Assembly: GCA_949287985.1 (NCBI GenBank)
Contig: CASEIN010000001.1
Span: forward strand, 1,051-65,050
Direction: 5' to 3'
Origin: Mucispirillum schaedleri
GTDB taxonomy: Bacteria; Chrysiogenota; Deferribacteres; Deferribacterales; Mucispirillaceae
DNA length: 64,000 nt
In this document: positions 12,089 through 21,325 of the stretch, one piece after another
Layout: each line of letters opens with the position of its first letter
How positions within the stretch are numbered: position 1 is the stretch's first letter
Program-made: the position numbers and the translations under genes
Notes under the pieces: generated by a model
The model's input: the letters and a program-made list of their open reading frames with translations, nothing else
What the model was told of the DNA's origin: nothing
Databases searched by the model: none

Positions 12089-13210
12089 ATGTTTTCTATG
12101 GAATTTGAAATTGTAATCGTAATTATATTATCTGCAATCACCTGCTCTATACCTGGGGCATTTTTAGTAATGCGTAAAAATTACTATGCAGCAGATACTG
12201 CTAACCGTTCTGCTATGCTTGGTATTGCAATAGCACTTATTTTTTCATCATTTTTATCATCCCCTTTAGTTATAATACTTGGTTCATTAACAGCTATTTT
12301 AGGTATGTATTTGGTGAAAAAGATAAAAGGCTTAACTCATTTTAGAGCAAAGGGTATGTCTATTATTGTATCATCAACTCTTTTATGTTTTGGTATTTTA
12401 ATAGCATCAAATATATCTCTTAATAATTCGGCAGAATTTGATTTATCAATTATATATCTTGGTGATACTGCCTTTACTTCTTTTAACCGTCTGCGTATTG
12501 CAGGTATTGATATTGGTTCATATGCATTTTATTCAATATTAATTATAATGATTATAAATATTATTATAGTTATGGTTTATTATAAAGAATTTAAAATAGA
12601 TGGGGTTGATAAATATTATGCAGCTTCAATTGAAATGAAAGAAGAAACCATTGATTTTATACTTGTAATTATGACAGCCTTAAGCGTTTCAGTATCATTT
12701 CAAACAGCAGGTATATTTATGACATCTGCTTTTATTTTAGGCCCAGCTGCAGCTGCTCTTTTTTATACAAAACGGCTTTCTACACTGGCAATAGTATCTG
12801 TTTTTCTTTCTTCAATTGCCTGCCTTGTAGGCTTTAGTATAGCTTGGCCTGCTGAAGTTTCTATTTCTGGTGCTATTGTATCATTTATTGGTATATTATT
12901 TATATTATCAGTACTTTTTGCTCCTGAAGAAGGTATTATAAAAAAATATTTTGATTATCTTGCAGAGCAAAAAAAACTTGATGAATATATTATTTTAGAT
13001 ATATTAAATACTCAAATATATACATCCTCATCTGCTTTAATAGAAAGGCTGGCAAAATCCCTTAACTGGAAGTTTTTAAGAGTTTCATACCTTGTAAATA
13101 AATTAAAAGCAGATAAAATGTTAGAAGAAGTGAATGGGTATATATACCTTACAGAAGAAGGAAAATATGAAATAGATAAATTTATGAAAACTCAAAACTG
13201 TTTTCACTAA
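12089..13210 (+). CDS. metal ABC transporter permease (TroD-like) fused to a C-terminal DtxR-type winged-HTH domain
   Basis: ABC-3 permease body to about aa 295. An extra ~78 aa follows (DEYIILDILNTQIYTSSSALIERLAKSLNWKFLRVSYLVNKLKADKMLEEVNGYIYLTEEGKYEIDKF) with the helix-turn-helix-wing spacing of the DtxR/MntR N-terminal domain. Confidence 0.75.
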   Translation: MFSMEFEIVIVIILSAITCSIPGAFLVMRKNYYAADTANRSAMLGIAIALIFSSFLSSPLVIILGSLTAILGMYLVKKIKGLTHFRAKGMSIIVSSTLLCFGILIASNISLNNSAEFDLSIIYLGDTAFTSFNRLRIAGIDIGSYAFYSILIIMIINIIIVMVYYKEFKIDGVDKYYAASIEMKEETIDFILVIMTALSVSVSFQTAGIFMTSAFILGPAAAALFYTKRLSTLAIVSVFLSSIACLVGFSIAWPAEVSISGAIVSFIGILFILSVLFAPEEGIIKKYFDYLAEQKKLDEYIILDILNTQIYTSSSALIERLAKSLNWKFLRVSYLVNKLKADKMLEEVNGYIYLTEEGKYEIDKFMKTQNCFH

Positions 13211-13226
13211 AATTTAGGAGAAATTT

Positions 13227-13532
13227 ATGGCAAAAATAAGATTAGTAAAATTAATAAGTGGTGATTTTGTAATAGGTGTTGATGAAGAAGAAAAAAAAGG
13301 CATAAAAAATATAGGTTCATTACAGTTTGTACCTGCTGAAAACGGTGGTATGTCTGTAGCATTAATACCTTATGGTTTTCCTTTTGAAGATGAATTTAAA
13401 GGTTTTATTCCAAATGATAAAATCCTTTATGAAATAGAAAAAGTGCCAGAAGATTTACAAAATAAATATACTGAAGCAACATCGGATATTAAGTTAATAT
13501 CAGGCAGCAATAACGGAAATATAATATTATAA
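13227..13532 (+). CDS. hypothetical 101-aa protein
   Basis: ORF with AGGAG SD, tightly packed between the ABC operon and the Nudix gene. No motif recognised. Confidence 0.6.
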   Translation: MAKIRLVKLISGDFVIGVDEEEKKGIKNIGSLQFVPAENGGMSVALIPYGFPFEDEFKGFIPNDKILYEIEKVPEDLQNKYTEATSDIKLISGSNNGNIIL

Positions 13533-13533
13533 T

Positions 13534-14070
13534 ATGAAAAAAGACTGGAAATTTTTAAAAGAAGAAAAAGTTTTTGATGACACTATTTTATCTATTAGAC
13601 ATATGGAGTATAAGTATGAAAAAATAGATAAAAATATGGTGTTTACAGTTCAAGATATGAGCAACTGGGCGTTGATTGTGCCAGTTTTAGAAAATGGTGA
13701 ACTTGTTGTTGTTAAACAGTTTAGGGTTGGTACAAACAGTGATACTTTAGAATTTCCAGGTGGTGCAATAAACAATCAGGAAGAGCCATTAAAAGCAGCA
13801 GAGCGAGAGTTAGAAGAAGAAACTGGGCTTAAAGCAAAAAAAATAGTCCCTATTGGAATAATGGACTCAAACCCTGCTTTTATGACAAATAAATGTTTTG
13901 TATTTGCTGCTCTTGAATGCAGTTTTACAGGGAAAGTTTGCCTTGATTTATTTGAAGATACAAAAGCATACACAGTATCAGAAAATGAATTGAAAAATAA
14001 AATAAAAAATGGGGAGTTTAGCCAAAGTTTATCTATTGCGGCATACTCTTTATATAAGAATAACTTATAA
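13534..14070 (+). CDS. Nudix hydrolase (ADP-ribose pyrophosphatase-like)
   Basis: Nudix box GGAINNQEEPLKAAERELEEETGL. Confidence 0.88.
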   Translation: MKKDWKFLKEEKVFDDTILSIRHMEYKYEKIDKNMVFTVQDMSNWALIVPVLENGELVVVKQFRVGTNSDTLEFPGGAINNQEEPLKAAERELEEETGLKAKKIVPIGIMDSNPAFMTNKCFVFAALECSFTGKVCLDLFEDTKAYTVSENELKNKIKNGEFSQSLSIAAYSLYKNNL

Positions 14071-15152
14071 TGCGTGGTTTATATATCCATATTCCATTTT
14101 GTAATAATTTATGTCCATACTGTCATTTTTATTCTGTTGTGGATAAAAGCAGCAGTTTGCAGGCAGATTATATTGATGCATTAATTAAAGAAATGAAGCT
14201 GCTTGAAAATAAAGTGTTTGATACTATATATATAGGTGGTGGAACTCCATCTGCATTAAATATATCACTTTTAGAAAAGCTAATTTATGCAATTGATAAT
14301 AATATTATTTATAAAGGCAGTGAATTTAGCATAGAAGCAAACCCTGAAAGTGTTACAGATGATTTTATATCACTTATAAGTAACAGCAAAATATCTAGAG
14401 TATCACTTGGGGTGCAGAGCTTTTATGATGATGTTTTAAAACTTTTAGGCCGTATCCATTCAGGAAAGCAGGCTGAAAGGGCAGCTTATAAAATACTTAA
14501 TATTAATAAAGACTTAAATATGGATATTATATATGATATTCCATATACTGATAACTTAAAAAGTCTTAAAACACTTGAAAAAGTGGTAAATATAAACCCA
14601 AGCCACATATCAGCTTATTCATATGATGCTGAAGATACAGGATATTTAAAAGGCTTTAATAATGATGATACATTGTTTTTAGAAGTGGAAGAATTTTGTG
14701 AAAAACATGGGTTTTATAAATATGAGACCTCCAACTTTTCTAAAACTGGAAAAGAAAGTATCCATAATAGTTTATACTGGCAGGGGGAAGAATATACAGG
14801 GCTTGGAGTATCTGCCTATTCTATGGTTTATATTGATAAAAATATGAGAAAAAGATATAATCATGGAAACAGTATAGAAGATTATATTATGCACCCTGAA
14901 AATACGGAAAATATAGAAATAATCTCTAGTGAAGATGCTTTAATTGAAGATATTATTTTTGGGCTGCGTATGAAAAAAGGTGTAAATTTAGCAAATTTAG
15001 AAAAAAAGTTTGGCAAAATAGATAAAAATTTGCTAAATAAGATAGAAGAAAATATTAATAACGGATTATTAGTAAGAGATGGCTTATGTATAAAAACAAC
15101 AAAAAGGGGAAGTCTTGGTTTAGAGTGGTTGTCCTGCTCTTTACTTCCATAA
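14070..15152 (+). CDS. hemW: radical SAM haem chaperone HemW / HemN-like
   Basis: N-terminal CNNLCPYCHF radical-SAM cluster motif, IYIGGGTPSAL, and a HemN_C-like C-terminus. Confidence 0.85.
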   Translation: MRGLYIHIPFCNNLCPYCHFYSVVDKSSSLQADYIDALIKEMKLLENKVFDTIYIGGGTPSALNISLLEKLIYAIDNNIIYKGSEFSIEANPESVTDDFISLISNSKISRVSLGVQSFYDDVLKLLGRIHSGKQAERAAYKILNINKDLNMDIIYDIPYTDNLKSLKTLEKVVNINPSHISAYSYDAEDTGYLKGFNNDDTLFLEVEEFCEKHGFYKYETSNFSKTGKESIHNSLYWQGEEYTGLGVSAYSMVYIDKNMRKRYNHGNSIEDYIMHPENTENIEIISSEDALIEDIIFGLRMKKGVNLANLEKKFGKIDKNLLNKIEENINNGLLVRDGLCIKTTKRGSLGLEWLSCSLLP

Positions 15153-15412
15153 TAATTTCAACAAGTTTTTTTATTAATGACAGTGTTGCAGGCTGTGCAG
15201 GTGATTGTATGACATGCCACCCTAAATTAGTGGGGGATATTACTCACCTGCCACTAACTACATGTATTAAATGCCATGAGCCAGTGCAAAATAAAGCATT
15301 GGAGGAGGCTAAAGGCGGCTGTGGGGACAGGTGTTTTCAATGCCATGAGCAGTGGCCAAAAGATGGCAGCCATGCATCACTTAATAAATGCCTTGATTGT
15401 CATGAAAAATAA
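15086..15412 (+). CDS. small tetrahaem c-type cytochrome, probable lipoprotein
   Basis: Four CxxCH motifs (CMTCH, CIKCH, CFQCH, CLDCH) in a ~75-aa mature part. Signal sequence ends in the lipobox-like VAGC. It overlaps the hemW 3' end by 67 nt in another frame. Confidence 0.75.
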   Translation: MYKNNKKGKSWFRVVVLLFTSIIISTSFFINDSVAGCAGDCMTCHPKLVGDITHLPLTTCIKCHEPVQNKALEEAKGGCGDRCFQCHEQWPKDGSHASLNKCLDCHEK

Positions 15413-15450
15413 GTGTTGAGGGTAGTAGTATAAAAAAAGTTTTTAGGTTA

Positions 15451-17175
15451 ATGTGGCCGTATTTTGAACCATATAAATGGCTAATGTTTCTTGCAATTAT
15501 TGCATCTATTATTACGGCTTCTACAAATGGTGCTTTAGCTGTTGCTGTAAAATATGTATTTGATAATATGTTTAAGCCAAATGATTATACATATTTGTAT
15601 ATTCTGCCTATTGTGGTAGTGCTTATATATGTGGCAAAAAGCAGCTTTTTATTTATGCAGGGCTTTTTAATGAGCTTTGTAGGTAATAAAGTTATAGAAA
15701 AACTTAGAAATGAAACTTTTGAAAAAATGGTTCGTTTGCCAGTAAAATATTATTCAGACCAGTCAACTGGTGCATTAATGAGCCGTATTACAAATGATAT
15801 AAACCTTGTTCAATCATCTATTCCTACGATTATAAGCATGTTTAGAGCAGTGCTTACAATGATAGGCTTAATAGGTGTTATTTTTTATATGAATTATCAG
15901 CTTGCAATAATTGCTATAATAATGTATCCGATATTTATTTTTCCACTTTCTATTATTAGTAAAAAATTAAGAAAATACAGCCATTTAGGGCAGGAAAGAA
16001 TGGGAGATTTAACAAGTGTGCTGCAAGAATCTTTTTCTGGTATAAGGGTTGTGAAAACCTTTGTTGCAGAAGGAAAGGAAATAACACGCTTTGAAAAAGC
16101 CAACGCTCAGACAATAAAATATGCTAATAAAAGTGTATTGGCAGGAAACCTTGCCTCCCCATTAACAGAGGCGTTAGGTTCATTTGGTATTGGTGCAGTT
16201 TTACTTATGGGTGGTTATCAAGTAATTAGTGGAACATCTACAACTGGTGAATTTCTGGCATTTTTAGCAGCTCTTATTCAGATATATGAACCTGTAAAAC
16301 TTTTTGCTAACTCAAATAATGCATTACAGGCCTCTATTGCTGCAACTGATAGAGTATTTTCTATGTTTGATGAAGAAGATGAAGTAATAGAAAATAAAGG
16401 ACGTATAGAATGCCATGCAGAAGGCAAAGATATTGAATTTAAAAATGTTAGCTTTAAATATAAAGATGATGTATATGCTTTAAAAAATATATCATTTAAA
16501 GTAAAAGCAGGCTCTACTGTTGCTTTTGTTGGACCAAGTGGTGCAGGTAAAACCACTGTGGCACATTTAATTCCAAGATTTTATGATGTAACAGATGGTG
16601 CAATATTAATAGGCGGTATAGATATAAAAGACTATGATTTATATTCTTTAAGGCATAATATTGCAACAGTATCTCAAGATGCATTTTTATTTAATGATAC
16701 TATTAGAAGTAATATTAGTTACAGTAAAGAAAATGCAAGTGATGAAGAAATTAAAAATGCAGCTATTGCTGCCTATGCAGATGAATTTATTGAAAAATTC
16801 CCTGAAAAATATGAAACATTATGCGGTGAGCGTGGGGTAAAGCTTTCAGGCGGGCAGAAACAGCGTGTAACAATTGCTAGAGCATTACTTAAAAACCCAC
16901 CTATTTTAATACTTGATGAGGCAACAAGTGCACTAGATACTGAAAGTGAAAGAGTTGTGCAAAAAGCACTGGATAATTTAATGAAGGGCAGAACTTCTTT
17001 TGTAGTAGCTCACAGGCTTAGCACTATTTTAAATGCAGATATGATAGTTGTATTTAATAAAGGCGGTATTGAAGCAATAGGCAGACATGAAGAAATTTTA
17101 GTAAGCTCACCAACATATAAAAAGCTTTATGAAATGCAGTTTAAAATAGAAGAAATGGAACAAGAAAAGCTCTAA
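15451..17175 (+). CDS. msbA: lipid A / LPS-type ABC exporter, MsbA-like (TMD-NBD half transporter)
   Basis: Six-TM ABC exporter domain plus NBD: GPSGAGKTT, LSGGQKQR, ILILDEATSALD, AHRLST. It is followed by LPS core genes and lpxK. The true start may be upstream (see finding). Confidence 0.85.
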   Translation: MWPYFEPYKWLMFLAIIASIITASTNGALAVAVKYVFDNMFKPNDYTYLYILPIVVVLIYVAKSSFLFMQGFLMSFVGNKVIEKLRNETFEKMVRLPVKYYSDQSTGALMSRITNDINLVQSSIPTIISMFRAVLTMIGLIGVIFYMNYQLAIIAIIMYPIFIFPLSIISKKLRKYSHLGQERMGDLTSVLQESFSGIRVVKTFVAEGKEITRFEKANAQTIKYANKSVLAGNLASPLTEALGSFGIGAVLLMGGYQVISGTSTTGEFLAFLAALIQIYEPVKLFANSNNALQASIAATDRVFSMFDEEDEVIENKGRIECHAEGKDIEFKNVSFKYKDDVYALKNISFKVKAGSTVAFVGPSGAGKTTVAHLIPRFYDVTDGAILIGGIDIKDYDLYSLRHNIATVSQDAFLFNDTIRSNISYSKENASDEEIKNAAIAAYADEFIEKFPEKYETLCGERGVKLSGGQKQRVTIARALLKNPPILILDEATSALDTESERVVQKALDNLMKGRTSFVVAHRLSTILNADMIVVFNKGGIEAIGRHEEILVSSPTYKKLYEMQFKIEEMEQEKL

Positions 17176-17187
17176 AAAGGATAATAT

Positions 17188-18222
17188 ATGTTTAGAAGCA
17201 AAATTGTAGAAGAACCAAAAAGTATTATTATTTCAAGGACAGATAAAATAGGTGATTTAGTGCTTTCTGTGCCTGCTATTTCAACTGTTAAAAAAATGTA
17301 TCCTAATGCAAAATTATATGTATTAGTTAGAAAATACAACATGGAAGTAGTGAAAGGGTATACTTTTATCGATGGAGTTTTAGCAATTGATGATTATTCT
17401 AAAAATGAGCTTTATAAAAAACTAAAACAAATTAAAGCAGATATTTTTATTGCTTTATATTCAGATAATCAAGTACTAAAACTTGCATGGAAAAGTGGTG
17501 CAAAATACAGGGTTGGTCCACTTTCTAAACCACTTTCTTTTTTCATATATAATTGTGGTTTAAAACAAAAACGTTCAGAATCTATTAAAAACGAAGCTGA
17601 ATATAACCTTGATTTAGTAAAACATTTAGATAAAGAGCTTTTTGAAAAACAAAAAATTACTATTGATAAACTGCAGTATGGTAGAACAAACCATAATAAA
17701 GCATTAAAATTTTTAAATGAAAATGCCATTTATAATTATGTGCTTATCCACCCCTTTACTGGTGGCTCTACAAAAAACTTTACAGTAGATGAGTATATAA
17801 AAGTTATAAAAGGGTTAAATAATGCAAACCCATCACTGCAAATTGTTATTACATCATCTTATGATGATATGAAAATGGCAGAACACGTAAAATCTTCATG
17901 CAGTAATATATTTGTATTTGCATCATCATCAATTTTAGAGCTGGCAGCTGTTATTGATAAATGTAAAGTGTATGTTGGTGCAAGCACAGGACCAAGCCAT
18001 ATAGCAGGTAATTTATGTAAACCATCAGTATGTATTTATCCAAACTATAGAGTGCTTTCCCCTACAAGATGGGGGCTTTATGGTAATAATGATAGAACAA
18101 CTTACATTATTCCAGATAAAAATATACCAGAAAAAGATTATAATGATAGAACTTTTGATAATATAACAGATGAAATAGTTAATGAAACAGTAAAAGCTGT
18201 GCTGGATAAATTAAATGGATAA
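17188..18222 (+). CDS. glycosyltransferase family 9 (LPS heptosyltransferase-like)
   Basis: IIISRTDKIGDLVLSVPA N-terminus and GASTGPSHIAG near the C-terminus are typical of GT9. LPS gene context. Confidence 0.8.
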   Translation: MFRSKIVEEPKSIIISRTDKIGDLVLSVPAISTVKKMYPNAKLYVLVRKYNMEVVKGYTFIDGVLAIDDYSKNELYKKLKQIKADIFIALYSDNQVLKLAWKSGAKYRVGPLSKPLSFFIYNCGLKQKRSESIKNEAEYNLDLVKHLDKELFEKQKITIDKLQYGRTNHNKALKFLNENAIYNYVLIHPFTGGSTKNFTVDEYIKVIKGLNNANPSLQIVITSSYDDMKMAEHVKSSCSNIFVFASSSILELAAVIDKCKVYVGASTGPSHIAGNLCKPSVCIYPNYRVLSPTRWGLYGNNDRTTYIIPDKNIPEKDYNDRTFDNITDEIVNETVKAVLDKLNG

Positions 18223-18985
18223 TAAACTTGATTTATCTGTGGCTATAATTACATTTAATGAAGAAAAACGGCTTGGAGCAACTTTAGAAAGTATATGTGA
18301 TATTGCTTCAGAAATAGTGGTAATTGACAGCTTTTCACAAGATAAAACAGTAGAAATAGCAAAAGAATATAATGCAAAAGTCTTTCAAGAGCAGTGGAAA
18401 GGTTTTGTAGAACAGAAAAATTCGTTAACATCTAAATGCAGCCATAATTTTATATTATATCTTGATGCAGATGAAGTTATAAGTAATGAATTAAAGCAGG
18501 AAATTATAAAGGCAGTTAATAGTCCATATGCAGATGGTTATTATCTACATAGAAAAACCCATTATTTAGGTAAGCTTTTAAACTATGCATGGCAAAAAGA
18601 TGAAAGGCTTAGGCTTGTGAAAAAAGATGCAGAACCATTATGGAAAGGGGAAATTGTCCATGAAGAACTTTTTATAAATGGTAAAACATCACTGCTTAAT
18701 GGGTATATAATCCATTATTCATATAAAGATATGAAAGACCATTTTGCAAAAACTATAAATTATGCATACCTTTCTGCAAAAAGTTACTATAAAAAAGGGA
18801 AAAAACCTAGTATAAGTAAATTAATATTCAGTCCATTTTTTTCTTTTTTTAAGCTTTATATTTTAAAAAGGGGATTTCTTGATGGTATAAGGGGGCTTAT
18901 TGCAGGCTTTAGTGCATATGTATATGTGTTTTTAAAATATGCTTTTTTATGGGAAATGTATCTAAATAAAAAGGAACAGGATTAA
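18215..18985 (+). CDS. glycosyltransferase family 2 (LPS core, WaaE/KdtX-like)
   Basis: LSVAIITFNEEKRL ... VIDSFSQDKT ... YLDADEV (DxD). C-terminal amphipathic/TM tail. 8-nt overlap with the GT9 gene. Confidence 0.8.
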   Translation: MDNKLDLSVAIITFNEEKRLGATLESICDIASEIVVIDSFSQDKTVEIAKEYNAKVFQEQWKGFVEQKNSLTSKCSHNFILYLDADEVISNELKQEIIKAVNSPYADGYYLHRKTHYLGKLLNYAWQKDERLRLVKKDAEPLWKGEIVHEELFINGKTSLLNGYIIHYSYKDMKDHFAKTINYAYLSAKSYYKKGKKPSISKLIFSPFFSFFKLYILKRGFLDGIRGLIAGFSAYVYVFLKYAFLWEMYLNKKEQD

Positions 18986-18988
18986 TAT

Positions 18989-19912
18989 ATGGTAAATCAA
19001 GGTATAAAAACAATATCTGTTGGTAATCTTGTAATGGGTGGGGCTGGTAAAACGCCACATACTCTTTTAATTGCTGGAGAGATGATTAAAAAAGGGGAGA
19101 AAGTTGCAATTTTATCACTTGGTTATAAAGGTAAAGTAGGTTATGATATTAATGTAATCAGTGACGGTAATGGTGGTTTATATCATCACCCACCAATGGC
19201 AGCAGATGAACCATATATGATGGCAAAAAACTATCCTGAAGCAGTTGTGATTACTGGTAAAAAAAGGGAACAGTCGCTATCTTTAGCAAGGGATAAATAT
19301 GGTGCCACAGTTGCAATACTTGATGATGGATACCAGTATAAAAAATTAGCCAGAGATGCTAATATCTTACTGCTTGACCATAAACGCCCAATATCTACAG
19401 GGTTTCCATTTCCTTTTGGTTATTTAAGGGAATTTCCTTCTGCTATAAACCGTTCTGATATTATTATTTTTACTAGAGCAAAAAATGATAATATTCCTGA
19501 AAACGTAAAAGGATTTATTAATAAGCAAAGTATATATTTTAGTGATACTGTTTTTCACAGAGTTGTTTTAAAAAATGAGTTTGTGGAACTTTCATATATT
19601 AAAGGAACAAAAGTTTGTGCTTATTCTGCCATTGCTAGAAATGAAGTTTTTTATAATACATTAATAGATGCAGGGCTTGATGTAGTTTTCTTTGCAGATT
19701 TTCACGACCATTCACTTTTAGAAGAGAAAACAATCAATGGTATTTTAACTCAAGGCAAAAATAAGGGAGCATCACTTTTTATTACTACTGAAAAAGATTT
19801 TGTAAAACTTCCAAGCGAATATCAGCCACTTTTTGGATATATTAAAATGGATATAGAACTAAATAATAAAGATGGACTTTTCAAAGATATAGAAAAACTT
19901 ACATCTATTTAA
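18989..19912 (+). CDS. lpxK: tetraacyldisaccharide 4'-kinase
   Basis: ISVGNLVMGGAGKTP P-loop, ILDDGYQ motif, LPS context. It lacks the N-terminal membrane helix of the enterobacterial enzyme. Confidence 0.85.
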   Translation: MVNQGIKTISVGNLVMGGAGKTPHTLLIAGEMIKKGEKVAILSLGYKGKVGYDINVISDGNGGLYHHPPMAADEPYMMAKNYPEAVVITGKKREQSLSLARDKYGATVAILDDGYQYKKLARDANILLLDHKRPISTGFPFPFGYLREFPSAINRSDIIIFTRAKNDNIPENVKGFINKQSIYFSDTVFHRVVLKNEFVELSYIKGTKVCAYSAIARNEVFYNTLIDAGLDVVFFADFHDHSLLEEKTINGILTQGKNKGASLFITTEKDFVKLPSEYQPLFGYIKMDIELNNKDGLFKDIEKLTSI

Positions 19913-20016
19913 AAAAATCATTGATTAATGCATTATTTTATATTATATTCCATATTGTAAATTAAAAATTATAAGGCAATATATTATTTTTGCCATAATA
20001 AAAAAGGTGATATTAT

Positions 20017-21324
20017 ATGAATCCATTAGCCAAAAGCTTAAATGATGAGCTTGCAAAACATAATCCTTATATTTTGGAAATGTTATCTCATACAGGTAAA
20101 GAGATGTTTATGCCAAAGGGAATATTAAGCCAGAGTGCAGAAGCTAAAGAAAAAGCACATAAATTTAATGCAACAATTGGTATTTCTACTGCAAAGGGCG
20201 AACCAATGTATCTTGAAAGTATGTTTAAAAAATTTCAAGGCATACACCCACGTAAGCTTTTTACGTATGCTCCAGCAACTGGTTTACCAGAATTAAGAAC
20301 ATTATGGGCAGCAAAAATCAGAGAAGAAAACCCATCACTTGAAGGCAGGCAGATGAGTAACCCTGTAGTTTGTAATGCATTAACAAATGGGCTTGTTACA
20401 GCAGCAGAGTTATTTTTAAATGTAGGGGAATATATAGTATTACCAGATAAATTTTGGGGTAACTACCGTTTAATGTTTAGCACATTATTAGGTGGCGAAA
20501 TAGCTACTTATGAAACATTTAATAAAAATAATGGATATAATATTGAAGGTCTTTTAGAAAAAGTAAAAGAGTGTGGCACAAAAACAAAAAAAGTAGTGGT
20601 TGTGCTTAATTTTCCAAATAACCCAACAGGTTATACCCTTACTCATGATGAGGCAGTTAAATTATCAGACGGTTTAACAGAAATAGCAGATAGTGGTATT
20701 AATATTGTAGCTATTTTAGATGATGCTTATTTCGGCTTGTTTTTTGATGATGTTTTTAAAGAATCGCTTTTTAGTCTGCTTTCAGGCAGAAGCCCAAGAC
20801 TTTTAGCTATAAAAATAGATGGTGTTACAAAAGAAAGTTTTGCATGGGGTTTTAGAGTAGGTTTTGTAACTTATGGCGAAACTATAAAAGGTGATAACAC
20901 TGAAATTTTTAAAGTGCTTGAAACAAAAACAGCAGGCTATATTAGGGCATCAATATCAAGTGCTCCACACCCAAGCCAGTCTATTACTGTTGATGTTTTA
21001 AAAGAACCGTCCTTTAAAACAGAAAGAGCAGAATTAAATGGTATTATTGAAGAAAGATGTAAAAAAGTAAAAGAAATCTTTAATAAAGGCATATATGATG
21101 ATGAATTTACAGCATACCCATTTAATTCGGGCTACTTTATGTGTATAAGATTAAAAAATGTAGAGGCTGAAAAATTAAGATTAGCATTGCTTGATAAATA
21201 CGGCGTAGGTGTAATAAGCACAAATGCAACAGATATAAGAATAGCATTTTCCAGTGTAGATGTGGAGAATATTGAGGAGTTGTATTCTATAATATATAGG
21301 TGTTGCAAAGAACTGACGGCTTAG
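20017..21324 (+). CDS. fold-type I PLP-dependent aminotransferase (class I/II)
   Basis: NFPNNPTGY, ILDDAYFG, and the PLP-lysine context GVTKESFAWGFRVGF. Confidence 0.85.
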   Translation: MNPLAKSLNDELAKHNPYILEMLSHTGKEMFMPKGILSQSAEAKEKAHKFNATIGISTAKGEPMYLESMFKKFQGIHPRKLFTYAPATGLPELRTLWAAKIREENPSLEGRQMSNPVVCNALTNGLVTAAELFLNVGEYIVLPDKFWGNYRLMFSTLLGGEIATYETFNKNNGYNIEGLLEKVKECGTKTKKVVVVLNFPNNPTGYTLTHDEAVKLSDGLTEIADSGINIVAILDDAYFGLFFDDVFKESLFSLLSGRSPRLLAIKIDGVTKESFAWGFRVGFVTYGETIKGDNTEIFKVLETKTAGYIRASISSAPHPSQSITVDVLKEPSFKTERAELNGIIEERCKKVKEIFNKGIYDDEFTAYPFNSGYFMCIRLKNVEAEKLRLALLDKYGVGVISTNATDIRIAFSSVDVENIEELYSIIYRCCKELTA

Positions 21325-21325
21325 G

